Positions 1 through 13,277 of a DNA stretch of 64,000 nt are shown one piece after another (the first letter of the stretch is position 1; every line of letters begins with the position of its first letter). Under the pieces are notes generated by a model. It saw nothing but the letters and a program-made list of their open reading frames with translations. It had not been told where the DNA came from and did not search any database. Source of the stretch: Chiloscyllium plagiosum (taxonomy: Eukaryota); contig NC_057718.1 in the NCBI RefSeq assembly GCF_004010195.1, forward strand, positions 45,620,322 to 45,684,321. The letters run 5' to 3'. The translations under genes and the position numbers were made by a program.

Positions 1-1198
1 CAGATATTGTCAAAGCTGCTGAGTTACTCCAGTATTCCCTGTGCTTGCTATTGCGTAATTTACTTCCCTTCTTCGAAGAGGTAGCAGGATGAAATATAGC
101 ACGCTTCTATCGCAACATTTCTTCAGTCTTTTCTGTTTCTCAGGTCTGGTTTGAGTAAGAGCCTTCCTAGGCCATCTCTGTCTTTCTTCTTCCAATCTAG
201 ATATTGAGGTTGGGAGCAGGTGATGACTTAAGCATCCCTGCTGGGGCTCAGGTAAGTGTTCATGTTTCTCCATTCATTAATTAAAGTTGCAAGAAGATAT
301 CAATCTGGCCTGTTCAGACCTCGATCCTCTTTCCCGCTCTTCCTGTTACCTAATGATAATGTCAATGTGGCTTCCTGCTCTGACCAGTCATCAGAACTCA
401 AAAGTGCAATTGTAAGGAATTAACTATCAGCTTCAGTTGAGTATTTTAGAAATGGGAACTGTCAGATTCCAACAGCTGAGAGTAAATGCTCAGACAATTT
501 GAACTGACCATTCATTCTTCTGGCAGCTGGGTGAGGGTTAAAATTGCTCCCAAAGTTTCAGTAAAATTTCAACACTCGAAGTCTAGTTGCAATGTTCAAG
601 TGCTGTCTTTATTAAGCATGCAGGGAGCCATCACTGGACATTCCAGGTGCTTCTCCACTGAGGTTCAAATGAGCATAGTTTATGTATGTTTTCATTATCA
701 ACTACAAGTTAACGTATTAAGTAGATGAAGGCCACAACACAAATGGCTCTGGTGGGAAATAATTATGTTCCTGTGTAGTCAATTGCATTGCAGGGTTTTG
801 GTGTTGTTCTTTTTGGAGACAGTAAAGAATATGTGTATATCCTGCATAAAAGCTTCACAGGGTAAACCACTGACAATGGCCTTCCCCATTTCTTAATTAG
901 GTTATCTTGTGCATTGTTTTTGTGTCTTCCATTTCCTAATGGAGTCACCCTGCACCGTTGTCTGTTTGTGTATGCTCTGGCACCTTAGCTGCTGGTCCTG
1001 GCTGGCTCTCCAAATCCACATTTTGTCCTTTCAATGTTTCTTTCAAAGATGATAGTTTATAAAAGGTACTTTGGTTTGAAGGGAAGAATGTCTTGACATT
1101 ATAGATATGCTCAAAGGGTTTACACTATATAAATTAGTCCATAGATAGCACCCACTATACAAGCTTAGCTCCATTAGAGCTGCCTCCTTTCTGCAAAC

Positions 1199-1400
1199 TG
1201 TGTTGCTGGAAAAACGCAGCAGGTCAGGCAGCATCCAAGGAGCAGGAGAATCGACGTTTCGGGCATAGGCCCTTCTTCAGGATTCCTGCCTGAAACGTCG
1301 ATTCTCCTGCTCCTTGGATGCTGCCTGACCTGCTGCGCTTTTCCAGCAACACAGTTTTCAACTCTGATCTCCAGCATCTGCAGTCCTCACTTTCTCCTTT
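1199..1400. mobile_element. Young Penelope-like element terminal fragment with 5' inversion (hairpin)
   Basis: ~72-bp inverted arms (1195-1266 and 1286-1357, 2 mismatches), flanked by the direct repeat CTCCTTTCTGCAAAC (1184-1198 and 1394-1408). The same sequence follows a Penelope ORF end at 54193-54285. Confidence 0.8.
1248..1285 (-). ncRNA. Minimal type I hammerhead ribozyme motif (Penelope-associated)
   Basis: The minus strand reads GAAUC-CUGAAGA-A-GGGC(CUAU)GCCC-GAAAC-GUC-GAUUC: stem I (GAAUC/GAUUC), catalytic CUGAnGA and GAAA, a 4-bp stem II, a GUC cleavage triplet and a loopless palindromic stem III (ACGU). Confidence 0.7.
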
Positions 1401-4400
1401 CTGCAAACACCTCAAACAGCAGATAGACCAAATGTTTACATTTTATCTATTCTCACCATTTTTAATGATTGGTACACCTGATTTCTGCTACTGTTTTTAA
1501 CCTCTGCGACAATCATATAATAGTGGAGACTTTGTGGAGACTTTGTTGCATCATTTTGATTATTTTTAATAGCTCACGTTATTTTCTTGCATTTGAATCC
1601 TGTTTGTAGTTTTGGCATACAAATAAAATTAAGAAATTGAGATCTGTCATATTGAACCATCCCTATATGAAACCACAGGTTCCAACATGCCAATTGAGGA
1701 CAGCAGCTTGAGAGCAGGAGGAGAAATTGTTTGTCAAGAGCAAAGTGCCACCAACAGCTTCGCGACTCTTGGACACCAATAGCATATGTTTAACACCAAT
1801 TGTGCTGACACACTGGCTGAAAAGTCTGCAGTGCACCCCCAACACCTTTAGGAGTAGCCTTGATATATATGTGGTACTGTGAAGGAAGGAGTAATTTGAC
1901 AGTTAAGCAATATTGCCAGGTAAAAAGAATAGGCTGCTGACCACAACAAGGCTATGTGTACATAAGTAAAGGCTGCTGATGCCATGCTGACAGCTGGGAC
2001 AGCTGTCTTCTCTGTTGAGGGGAGGACTTGGACAGTATCAATGTTAAGTCTGCCCCCAGCTGAGCCTTATCCCTTTGTACTTCATGATTCCTGGAGAGAG
2101 GGCAAAGGTTCAAGGTGCAATATCAGGCTAAAATATTTACAGATCAACAAGGAACAATGGAAATGAAGTGGCTCAAATATTTGTCAATTATTAGCAACAG
2201 GGGCAACATGTTGAATTGGTGCAGAATGTTGGCTTACATCTAAAGGACAGAACATCATCAATCACAATATTCAGTTGTGGAGGCAACCCGTGGAAGGGGA
2301 AAACACTGAGAGGCTGCTGGAACAGAGAGTGAGAATCTCTGCCCCTCTCTCTCACACGCTGAATGGAAAGAGGGGTGGAGTTGGGGGTTTGCAGATAGTG
2401 GTAATCGAGAGAAATCTTTCTGTCCCAGTGTGCTCTGGCATTGTTAGGGATTGATTGTTAGTTACCAATCAGCATTTCGTCCAACTCACAGTGAGCAACA
2501 CCACAGAAGTTCAATGAGTATTTACTTTGATTACCAAAACACACTCATTCAAATTGCTTCTAACTCTGGGATTGTCAGTTTGGAATGTGTCATGAGGAAG
2601 CAGTTGGAGCTCATGGAACCATGGAAGATTAAACCTGATAGGCATTCTCTAACGTAAATGCTTTCTTGTTTGCATATCTTTATTAGCATGAAGATGGACT
2701 GCCAGCTGAAATTAAAGGTCACCTTCTTGTTTCTCTTGGGCTGTGACTTCATTAAAAAAAATGTTATGATTTGATTTCTCAAACACTCTTGAGAAGTTAC
2801 TGATTTTTTCTGATTGCCCTTGACACTCCACTTATACATAATATCAGAAGACACGTTGGTCTAATTCAATTAGGATCAGCTTTTTTTCTCTCGTTCTTGC
2901 TTGATCTGATTGACAGGATCCTTTCAAGATTCCTACCGGAAACGAATGAAAACCAAATAAAATGCTCTGAAGCCACTGCACCTGAAATGTTCATCGCAGT
3001 CCACATACTTGTTTGTACAGACAGCCAGGGATCAGTCCACAGATCAAAACAAAAACGGCAAACTTTAAGAGACAGAAAGCAAGCTGCATTTTTAACAGCT
3101 GAACACTGCTTGCAAGTATCATCATCATTCTCCCAACTAACCACATGATGGCAGCAAAAAGTTAGAAGTGAGCTTCATCTGTTCCTGAGTTGGAGAGAAT
3201 GGAGTTGTATTGTTTTCAGTAAAAAAAATCACTATACACGAAAGCTTCTTGAAAATTGCTTAACATGAACATTTACACGGAACAAATGCATAAAGAATAT
3301 TTAATGGGAGTTATAGGTTAGTGTGAATATTTCCATCTTGTTTAAGATTATGATAATAATACTATTTCTTGTTTCAATTTCCCATGGTCTTTCCACAAAG
3401 GTTTAACGTTTCCTTGCAGTTTCCTTTATTCCTAAGTGGTGGGTGAGCCAATCAATGCACTTCTTGACTAACCAACAGAGTATTCTGCAATTAGCGGACG
3501 TCTGCAGACTGTGGAACTTCCTGTCTTCAAGGTAAAGCGTGCTACTTACTGCAGGCAGTGGCCAGTACAAAATGTTTTGCCCAATTTTAAATGCGTGCAC
3601 CTCCCATCCTTAGACTGAGCTGTTCTGCAGGTGATGTTTCCCAGGCCTCTGCCGATGCTGGTTCTGAGCCAACTGTTCAGAGACCTTAGGCCCAGGTGAT
3701 TTACTTCTCTCCCTCTGGACTGGTTCTCTCTCCCAAGAGCGTAGCTGAGATCAGGAACTCAATGTCTGGAGAATAGCATTGTTAACCAACATCATGACAG
3801 ATCATCATATTCTCAAATAGTATCATCACCCACACTTTGATGTTCTTTCTAACTTTTCTTTGTTGCACTCTGCCTGCATGTTGCACTGTACAGTATGTTT
3901 TTGCTGGGTATCCATACATCTTACGCCTTTATCAGGAGTCTTCAGCTCCAGGTCTACTGTAGCCAGCATCTGGTCAAGGATCACTGTTGTCTTACCTAAA
4001 CCTCCAGCAGACCCCTCTGCGCTGCTTGTCTGTCTATGCAGTATTGTGAGCCTTGAAAAGTGTTTGTGAAGTTCAGTCTTCTGGCATGAATTTCCAATGA
4101 GTTTATAATTGGGAAATTCCACACAAAGTTACACCAATTCATGTGCCAATAATGATTTTTGCCTAAATTTCCCCCTTCTCATTAGCATACGCTGGAAGAT
4201 AAAATTTGGTATTCAGTGATGGCATTCAATACAGACAATTGGGGCTGAAGGAAAATGCAGAAATCAGGCGATATATTCCTTCTTTAAGTATGAAAATTAA
4301 AGTTTCAAGCCAGCTAACCATCATTCATGCACATTAAGCACAGCATGTTCAAGAACATGCAATCATCGAAGCTTCTAACACTTTAATGTGGTTCATTTTG

Positions 4401-6086
4401 AAGCCTTGAAAAAAACATTCAAAGAAATAGAAAATGCAGTGCAGGTCTCAGTGAGAAAATTTTAAAACAACATTTTTAAAAGATCATAATATGACATCAG
4501 AAAAATCATTTTGTTTCCTGCTGTGTCTAAAATTCTGGATGTAATTTTACATCTGTTTTGAAGCTGTGTAATTGCAGGAAATTGACGCCTTTGCCTCTTT
4601 AGCTCTGGAGTACAGTCATGAGTTCAGAGCATTCAGGCGTTGTGATCAATAGACACGCACAGCAGATCAAGGAAATTTGGGTGCTGCATTCTTACCTGCA
4701 TCACACAAGGGCCAAGTTTCCTTGATCATTTGTTTACCCGAGTATTTGTTTTATATTCATACATCTTTCTTTGAGGGAGAAATGCACAGGAAATTTCACA
4801 TGATTGAGGTTGTATTTTTTATTAGCATCAAAACCTCATTGAAAGGCAATGACATGTATCTCTCACGTATACTATAAAGTATATTTCAAAGCTTTCCGGA
4901 TGATTTTGATACTATTCCAACAGTCTGAGACCAGGGTAAAATTTACTTTGAGCCTCTCATGTTCTGCGGCTGTATTTTGGCCAAACTCCCACTTACACAT
5001 GCAAACCAGGTTTCTGCTTAATTTCTGCTGAAGGTATGCAGCTGAAGCAGAAGAAACCCCAAGGAGATTCACTCCCTCTTCCTCAAATTGATCAAACAGC
5101 CTTTGCATTATTTGAGCTGTATCAGACGGAGTTAGCTTACTCCACTGTTCCCAAATCATATTCTCCCTGAGTAAACCTAAGTATCTTGGAACTGACTGTG
5201 AAGAAGGGGTGCCAAGTATTTTTTACATGAATAAAACTGCAGCTGATGCAAGCCTAACTGATACTTACATTGGGCATTTAAGGCCCACAACAAATATTCT
5301 TAGGTTGGGTAGCTTGGACCAGATGCAAATTAAACCTCCATCTGTCCTAATCTCAACCTTATAAGAGCAGTCCTTACTGTACCAGTAAAAACATTGTGAC
5401 TTTTTTCCATGCAAGGGCAAATTTTATGACATGTTCTGCTGAATTGTGACTTGTTGTCTAATATGGATTCACACACCTTAGGAACTGGATTGCAAAAGGC
5501 CCACTCAATTTAGCACTTTAGAAAATCAGAAGTTCCTGATAGCTAGCTCAATTCACTTGACCCATCTCCCCAAACCTGTGGGCAAGTTCTTTGCCTCTGT
5601 TGCTTTGTTCCCATGACAGTCTGGTTTGGTTGCGAGTTGGTCTCACAATATGGCTCTTGCCTTATCTGAACCTCAACTGGTGTCTCAAAATATTTATCCT
5701 GAAGATGAAAGCCCTTTAAAAATGGCATGTCTGATATCAATGTTTTCCACTGTGTGCTCTTGTTTGCAACACATGCCGATGTATCCTTTATCTTCTTCAC
5801 TGAATCCTCAGCGGAAAATTCACAGGCAGTAGTTCCATGGAAAACAGTGAGAATTGCATGAGAATTCTATTCTTTACTTTTTTTCCCCCTCTGTCAACGC
5901 TGTTCTAAATGGGTCTGCAAGAGTATTAGTTCTTTTTTGGAAATGTGTCCATGCGATGGACAATGCCTTGTGTTATCTGTCCAAAGTGACCTTTGATAAT
6001 GCGTGAACTTTGGCACTGATTGTTGTCTGACTACTTTAACATGGAATAAAAGCCATTTCAAATGGCAACCATATTGCTGTGAGCTT

Positions 6087-6380
6087 TTTTATTCATGCGT
6101 GGGCTGAGGGCATATGCTCGCTAGGCGAGCATTTATTGTCTATCCCTAATTGCCCAGAGGACATTTAAGAGTCAAACACATTGCTACGGGTCAGGAGCCA
6201 CATGTAAGTGAAACCAGGCAAGGGTGGCAGATTTCCTTTCCCAGGGTGGACCATTCAGTAAGCTAGATGGGTCTTTACAATAATTCATGACTGAAGATTA
6301 CTGAAGATAGTTCTCAATTCCAGCTTAACAGCCTGGACTTCTGGATCCATTGAAATTACCACAATGTCATCACCTCCTCC
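6087..6380 (-). mobile_element. tRNA-derived SINE (diverged copy)
   Basis: Aligns by eye to the copies at 12956-13277 and 7497-7862 (ggcagatttcctt, gcatttattg, ccctaattgccc). Confidence 0.75.
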
Positions 6381-6751
6381 TCCAGGTCCGTGACTGTGGC
6401 ACAGAAATTCCAGTCAATTGTTTTCTGCCAAGTAAATGTGACAATGGTAACTTTCTTCAGCCCATTCCAGTTGAAATAAGCAAAACCGACACAGACCCTA
6501 TCCATCTAGCTCAGCCCATTACTCAGTAAAGTTAATAAATCACTGGGAAATCACTTCCTGTGAGTCATTACAGGCATGCAAATTACTTGGGTGAGATCCG
6601 CTGTCAAATATAATGAGTTACCACTTCTCCTTTAAAAGAGAAAAAAAATTCCTGGGATAGTCCCTGAGAACGCAGTCTGTTGTGCAGAACTGAAACCTAC
6701 AAATATTATGCATTTCTGTTTATCTATGAAACCCATTTAGAACTAAGAAGA

Positions 6752-6935
6752 CACAAAAGCAAAATACTGAGAATGTTGCAAATCTGAAGTAAAAGCTTAA
6801 AGGAGTGCAAACAAACAATGGATCTGACAACCCTGTAGGAGAGAGAAACAGAGTTAGCATTTCAGATTGATGACCTTTCACATACTGAAATTGTAACATT
6901 GTTTTTCTGTCTCCATAGATACTATACTCTCTTCT
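6752..6935. mobile_element. Decayed Penelope-derived hairpin repeat
   Basis: aaaatactgagaatgttgcaaatctgaa...gagagaaacagagttagcatttcag...ctctccatagat, matching the family at 8126 and 26895. Confidence 0.55.
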
Positions 6936-7049
6936 ACCCTCTTCCATCAGGCAGAAGATAAAAAAGATTGAATACACATATGAACAGATTCAAGCTTCTT
7001 CCCCACTGTTATCAGTCTTTTGAATAGACCTCACAAACATTAATTTCGA

Positions 7050-7203
7050 TCTCTCTCTCTCTCTGCATTTTTACAGCGGCTGTGATACTGTATTCTGCAC
7101 TCTGTTCTGATGCACTTTCTATGGTATGATCAGCCTGTAGAGCATGCAAAACAGCACTTCTCACTGTATTTCGGTACGTGTGACAATGATAAATCAAATC
7201 AAA
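7050..7203 (+). mobile_element. LINE 3' end, Rex1/Babar-like
   Basis: Ends in ...tctcactgtatttcggtacgtgtgacaatgataaatcaaatc, resembling Rex1/Babar tails. The family call is from memory. Confidence 0.55.
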
Positions 7204-7496
7204 AAACTTGCTCAGTAAAACCAAGATGAGCACTGATGTGATTATTTGATAGTGATCTTTGAATTCAGCTAGTCGTCATAGTGAGGATTTGTTGCACCAA
7301 TATTTGGGCAGGACATCACCTGTTATCATAGCTAGGCCTCTGGAAAAACCCATGGCTATAATTGTTTATCAATATATTATAGTGAGTTTTATGTGAGAAG
7401 TGTGTGCCAAGTTCAATCAAGGATGGAATTTTCTGAGAACGTAATTGGGAAGTTTTGAAATTATTTGGTTCCCTCAGTTGGATTATGTATGTTATT

Positions 7497-7862
7497 GGGA
7501 GAGATGGCAGTTTAGTGACATTGTTGGTAAACTTCTAATTCAGAGCTCCCAGATTAATGCTCTGGAGGCATAGGTTCAGATCTCACCATGACAGATAGTG
7601 GAATTTGTATTCAATAAGAAATGAAACTTTAAAAAAAGCTTATCTAATTGTGACCATGTAATATGTCATTGTCATAAAGAGCCCCGTCTAGTGTACTAAT
7701 GGCTTTTGGGAAGGAAATCTGCCATACTCACTTGGTCTGGCTGGAATGTGACCCACAGAAATGTGGTTAATAGCCTGAGACAGTCAACCAGCTCAAGGGC
7801 ATTTTGAAATGGATAAAAAATGCTGGTCTTGTCAGTGATGTCCACGTGCTATGTAAGAATTT
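7497..7862 (+). mobile_element. tRNA-derived SINE (full length, diverged)
   Basis: Head gggagagatggcagtttagtg, B-box-like ggttcagatct, body ggaaggaaatctgccat, tail ggataaaaaatgctgg...gatgtccac. Confidence 0.75.
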
Positions 7863-8125
7863 TTTAAAAATTCCGATTATAATTTATTTAGTTTGTAGTT
7901 TGGTAATTAGAGTGGATTATGCATTTTAAAATTCAAAATGAAGTTGGCATCCTTCCATTCTGGACCACAGGTTCTTATGTAAGCACATTTAAGAACTGTG
8001 TTTGGATCCACATATTGATCATGTAAATCTCCTCACTATCCAAAGGATGTTATTGAGGAGCATAACCAAGTTCTCCAAACTGAATTCAAACCTACTATTT
8101 CACTTCTAGGCAGGATATTGTCATG

Positions 8126-8338
8126 AAAACAGAATGTGCTGGAGAAACTCAGCAGGTCTGAAAGCATCAGTGAAGAGAGAAACAGATTTAATATTTTGGG
8201 TCTAATGACAATTGTTTGGAATAGTCCAAATGTTAAATCTGTTTCTCTCTCCACAGATGCTGCCTGACCTGCTGAATTTCTCCAGCACTTCCTGGTTTTC
8301 TTTCAGATCTCTGGCATCCAGAGTATCTTACTTTTATT
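8126..8338. mobile_element. Penelope-derived hairpin repeat
   Basis: Inverted arms gtgctggagaaactcagcaggtc...gagagaaacagatttaa and ttaaatctgtttctctc...gacctgctgaatttctccagcac. Confidence 0.75.
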
Positions 8339-8734
8339 AGGGTATTGTCATAGTTTGATATGGTTCCCTCAAAATCAAAACATGTTCCCTGTTCTAAATC
8401 TATTGCCCTAAAATGTGTTAAAATATTATTCCTGGAACTGAGTCTGAGACTGGAGGAGAATTATATTGTCATGTAGGCCTGAACTGCCCTTTAGCAGCAC
8501 GGGTACTGCCTTGCTTTAGATTTTGGAACCAAAGTGGAAGTAGTTATCTATCACTGATATTGACAAAATATGCTAATTATGGTCAAATGATCAGAAGTAA
8601 ATATATAAAAAGGAATTTAAAAGTCATTGCTTTTTATAGTTATTGCAATTATTATTTTTCAAGGTTAAGAATTAAGGATTCTGGCTTGATATTTGTTATC
8701 TGCAATCCAGATGAAATTTAAAATGATTTGAGAA

Positions 8735-10030
8735 TCGGTACCACCTCTCCAATTTTCCCGCTCGGGTTCACTGGGGACACGATTTCAGTTGATGACACCA
8801 GCTTTCAATTCCAGATTTATTTATGAGGTTAAAAGTCTGCCAGCTTCCACACTTGAATCCATGACGCCAGGAGATTAACCCACCTGACACTACTAGTCCA
8901 TTTGCACTAGCTGTTTGCTACAATCTTCTCCGCACTTACCCGAGTGGGAAGTGGAGGAGACTTTGGGATTGAGTGCGGAGTGGAACAAGATGTTTCAGAA
9001 ATATCTTTTTCCGGAAAGGGTAAGGGAACACATCAGGTTTATTTGTGTTTTAAGGAGGTTCTGCTACCTGTATATTGAGATGTCAATCTAGAGTATCTGG
9101 GCTATGTAGGCCTAGATATTAACTGTCCCTAAGACTGTTTGTTCCTTATCATTATGTAAGGGTCTTTAATTCCTTATGTACTGTAACACTTACATCTGTA
9201 CATGGTAGGTTCTCAAATACAGCCATCTACTGCACTAAGATTTCTCTCTTTACTTGCTTGTTCTAGACCGGTATCTTCTGTCTTACTGATGTCAGAGTCA
9301 TGTCACCACGATTTACATGAATCTCATTCTGTGACAATATCTTAGGTGGTAGAAATGGCAGAGGATGATCCATCTAGTGTTGTGGGTACAGTCCTGAGAG
9401 ATATGCGGTTGTCACTAATGTTGGGAGTAACTTGATAGATTGGATTGAGGGTGGAAGTGAAAGACAAGGGGAATCCTGTCATGAAACTGGAAGTGAGAGT
9501 GAAGGGTGAGAGCACACATTCAGGAAATGGAACACAGTCAAGGAACCAATAAACTATAATGGTGATGATTTCCCAATTGAGAGGAAAAGAAGACCTATCA
9601 GGAGCATTGATATGGATATTATCACAACAAATATGACAGAAACAAACTCTGGAAGAATGGAATAGAGTCATTGCAGGAAGCAGAATTGGAAGAAGTGTAA
9701 TCAAGTTCGATGTGCAAGTAAATTGGTTTATAGTGAATATTTGTTGATAACTTATCTCCAGAATTTGAGATGGAGATATTATGGAATTAGTGGAAGGGAA
9801 GAGTTGCAACTGGACCATTTGACTAGGTGAGGGAAGGATAGATGTTTGTCAGCAAACAGGATGAAAGTTTCTGGTTTGAAATGGTGATGTCTGTCATGGT
9901 CCGGGGAAGAAGGAAGGTTTCAGTGATTTGACAGTTTCTGATAAGTGGCAGTCAGTGTGCAAAACAACAGCGTCATCTTTGTCTACTGGCAGTTTATGGA
10001 ACATCAAGTACACAACAGGCATGAGCTGAA
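8735..10030 (-). mobile_element. Highly decayed Penelope-like retroelement (RT region)
   Basis: Minus-strand remnants PVDKDDAVVLHTD (near 9950-9990, resembling PADKGGAVVVW) and SIPF..FCHICCD (near 9620-9670, resembling SIPFSQFLRLRRICS). Interrupted by a SINE fragment at about 8790-8930 and other sequence. Confidence 0.5.
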
Positions 10031-10174
10031 ACACGAGGATGTAAAGGCCTGAAAATATGTATAGAGGGTATCTTTTCAGACATTGACTCTCATTATATTA
10101 TTTCAGTGGAAAAGCTGGTGATCACATTAGTCGAACTGAGAATCCTGTTTTGGAACAGACTCATGGCCTAATTC

Positions 10175-10680
10175 AAAATCAAAATACTGCAAATGCTAGA
10201 AATCAGAAATAAGAACAGAAATGTTGGAAAAGCTCAGCAGATCAGCAGCATCTGGAAAGAAATGGAGTTAAGTTTCAAGTCAGTGACCTCTCCTGAAAAC
10301 TGAAGAAAGAAATGTAAAAGGTTTTAAGACAGTGAAGGTGGTTGGATGGAGGTGGGATAGGGGAGGGGATGGTCCTGGTTGGCAGGAAGAACAAAGGGGA
10401 AGGTCTGTGATAGGGTAGACCACAGGGTGAAAGAAGAAACATAAGATTTCATAATGCAACATTCAAAGCGAGTGGTAGGAATAAAGGTGAAGATACAAAG
10501 GTTGTGTCCAAATGAGGCTACATAATGAAAAAAATCTGAAATAAGACATTGAAGGAAAACAAAGAACAGCATCAAGCCAAAGAACAAAAAAAGAAAAAAA
10601 AAAGAATAAAAGAGATTCAGAGGTTATGACGTAAAGTTGTTGAACTCAGGTTTGAGTTCAGAAGGCTGTAAATTCTTAAG
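10175..10680 (-). mobile_element. Penelope-like element 3' end
   Basis: The minus strand near 10635-10670 reads LQPSELKPEFNNF (resembling LQPxGLNxEFNNF), followed by a pyrimidine-rich UTR and the terminal repeat gatgctgctgatctgctgagcttttcca. Confidence 0.65.
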
Positions 10681-11023
10681 TTTACCAATGATTTAATAAA
10701 TGTCATTGTGTTAGATATTCTATTCATGGTCAATCGTTTTCATACAAACGCATTGCTGAATTTTGTTAGTTTATGTACACATCTCCAAAATTCAAATTAT
10801 TTTTGAAAATGCTACCAATTTATAACTTGAATACTGCCTTTCAGCAGTTGCTAATGAAATGATTTCTTGTGAGGTCAGTTTTTCACCAATCAATTTAATT
10901 TGTTGTGTAGGCTGAATTTGACATTTTGCAATGCAGTAAGGGAGGCAGAACCACTTGTTTCTGTCCCTGCCATGACAGCTTGTCATCTATACAGTCACTC
11001 ACTCTCCCAGTCTCAAAGACCAG

Positions 11024-11135
11024 GGAAGAAGGTAGTGTAGTGTTAACATCACTAGACTAGTAATCCAGAGACCCCCATTAATGCTGTGGGGACTTGGATT
11101 CAAATCTAACGATGGAAGTGATGGCAAGCACATTT
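11024..11135 (+). mobile_element. SINE 5' fragment
   Basis: ggtagtgtagtgttaacatcactagactagtaatccagagacccc...ggattcaaatct, the same head as the 12956-13277 copy. Confidence 0.65.
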
Positions 11136-11149
11136 AATGATATTAATAA

Positions 11150-11850
11150 ATCCTTGTGCATATTTAAGGCGGAAGTAGATTGTTGATCAGTAGTGGAATT
11201 TGTGGTTATGGGGAAAATGCAGGAAAGTTGATGTGGGGAATGTTGGATCAGCTGTGATCCTACTGAATAGCGGAGCTCTTGAGGAGTTGATGGGCCTGTT
11301 CCTGTTGCCATTTCTTATTGAATTGAAACCGCACATAAGTAAAGAGGAACCCCAAACTTTTCTGAGTACATCAATAGGGGGTTTAGGACCTGTAGGGACG
11401 TTTCCAGGAATGAGAAACTTCAGGTATAAGGTTAGATCGGAGAGGTTAAAACTGTTCTCCTTGTTGGGGGAAAAAAAGCTAAGAGATTTGAATAGGTTTC
11501 AAAATCGTAAGGAGGCTGGATAGAGTAGATTAGGAGAAACAGTTCTGGCTCATAAAGTTTTATGAATGAGAGGGCACAGATTGAAAGTGTTGTACAAAAG
11601 TAGCAAATGTGACATCAGAAAAGCCTTTTTCACACAGTGAGTGGTCTGCGTGTCTGGCTGAGACATGAAGGTAGTCAATTGAGGCATTCATGAGGGCATT
11701 GGAAAATTGTTTGAGTAGAAGCAATATGCAAGTCTATGGGGGGAAAAGGTAGGCAAATAGCACCAATTCAAAATGCTTTTAAAGACCTGGTGCAGACTCA
11801 ATGGACTGAATGGCCTGCCCCTGAAACAACAATTCTTTGATTCTGTGTGA
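11150..11850 (+). mobile_element. Two CR1 LINE 3' fragments
   Basis: A CR1 tail at ~11150-11320, then the ORF2 end FPGMRNFRYKVRSERLKLFSL (resembling PGLxxLSYEERLxRLGLFSL) through the tail ggactgaatggcct. Confidence 0.8.
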
Positions 11851-12253
11851 TTGTTCAAGGACATTTAATTCTGGGTATAGTTCCATTAAAAAGATGCATC
11901 TTCTCTCCTTCCCCTAGCTCTACTGTGATCCATTTGACTTATATGGAAGGCACTGTGCTACTAATTTCTGCTGTACTTGAGATAGGAAGATCGCAGAAAA
12001 ATTGAGTGATAATGCCAAGTCGGGAATACAGGTCTTTCTGGTATTATGTGCATTTCATCAACGCGAATTGGGCTATAACATGACTGACGAAATGTGGATG
12101 CTGTTTAGATATCGTTAACTTTCTGCTGAATGGTATATCAATTTTCTATAGCGATCATCTACAGTGTGAATTTCTATAGCACGGGGTTGTAGAGGAACAC
12201 AACTGTTGTGTTATAGCAGAACAACCTGTATCAATGTATGCAACATTGCTGCT

Positions 12254-12721
12254 GGCCAGAATTTTCAGGCTTTTGTTTTTGTTATAGGCTTAAGATAGCT
12301 TTTAAAAGCGAACATGTAGATGCTGCCATCTTCCCCAGCAGAATCTAATGCTACATTTAACTATGGTCTCGGTCACCAGTCACTCTGGCGTCGCATCATA
12401 GTTGACTTAAAATTCTCCCAATGTTTTCACAGCTGTCACCCAAAAAATGTAGTGTGCCATGAAAGTTAGATTGTTAACAGAGGTTTATAGCTTGTTAATT
12501 AGTGATTTCAAAATGGCAGATAGGTTGCCAATTTCCACGTCTGCTCACCTGCAATATTGGATACTGATGTGATGACTTTGCATTGGCAAATTGGCGTCAA
12601 TTTTGCCACTGTTGAACTCTGTGGTGGTATATGATAGTGGTGGTTGGGTGGGCTTGGGAGTGTGGAGATGGGGTGGGAGGAGGGTTTTACCAGGTCGAGT
12701 TTGTGGACATAAATTCTAGCC
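12254..12721. mobile_element. Putative MITE / non-autonomous DNA transposon
   Basis: Imperfect terminal inverted repeats GGCCAGAATTT...AAATTCTAGCC around a non-coding interior. Confidence 0.4.
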
Positions 12722-12955
12722 CCAGTTGACAGTCTAATGGGTGTTCATTATTGAATACTGAGGAAAAAATAACACCGCTTTTATAAAAAGTCTCAAAGTG
12801 CTTCAGGACAATCTAAAGAGCTATAACAGAAATTAAAAGTGTTAGAATTACCTTAATAGCCAGTTACTGATGCTACTTTCATAGCCTGTATCAAAGATAG
12901 TATCTGAAGATATAAGAGTCTCTGTTGCAATTCAGCATATTTTCCAACTTCTAAT

Positions 12956-13277
12956 ATTCATTCACAGGATGAGGATGTCACTAGGTATTGCCCATTCCTA
13001 ATTGATCAGAGGGCAGTTAAGTCAACCACCATTGCTGTGGGTCTCGAGTCATATGTAGATCATTCAGGTGAGGATGGCAGATTTCCTTCCCTAAAGGGCA
13101 TTAGTGAATAAGATGAGTTTTTACTGACATCCTTTAGACTCTTAATTCCAGATTTTTATAAAAAAAAAATTGAGTTCAAATTCCACCACCTGCTGTGGCA
13201 GGATTCAAACCCAGGCCCATTATCTGGGTCTCTGGGTTAACAGTTCTGTGATAATACCAATAGGCCATTGCTGCCCC
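12956..13277 (-). mobile_element. tRNA-derived SINE
   Basis: Minus-strand A box TGGCCTATTGG, B box GGTTTGAATCC, tail GGGCAATA...CATCCTGTGAATGAAT. Confidence 0.85.

Noticed and set aside
1195..1357. Long hairpin as a pre-miRNA or a DNA transposon with terminal inverted repeats
   Set aside because: The arm sequence also occurs un-inverted after a Penelope ORF end (54193-54285), and the element extends asymmetrically to 1400, so a retro-insertion with 5' inversion fits better.
1640..2400. Possible additional Harbinger remnant (also 60600-61800 and 48630-49180)
   Set aside because: The resemblance is too faint to support a family call or boundaries by eye.
3826..4122. 98-aa ORF with a P-loop-like GGLGKTT
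   Set aside because: No other NTPase motifs or convincing splice sites; likely chance or decayed repeat.
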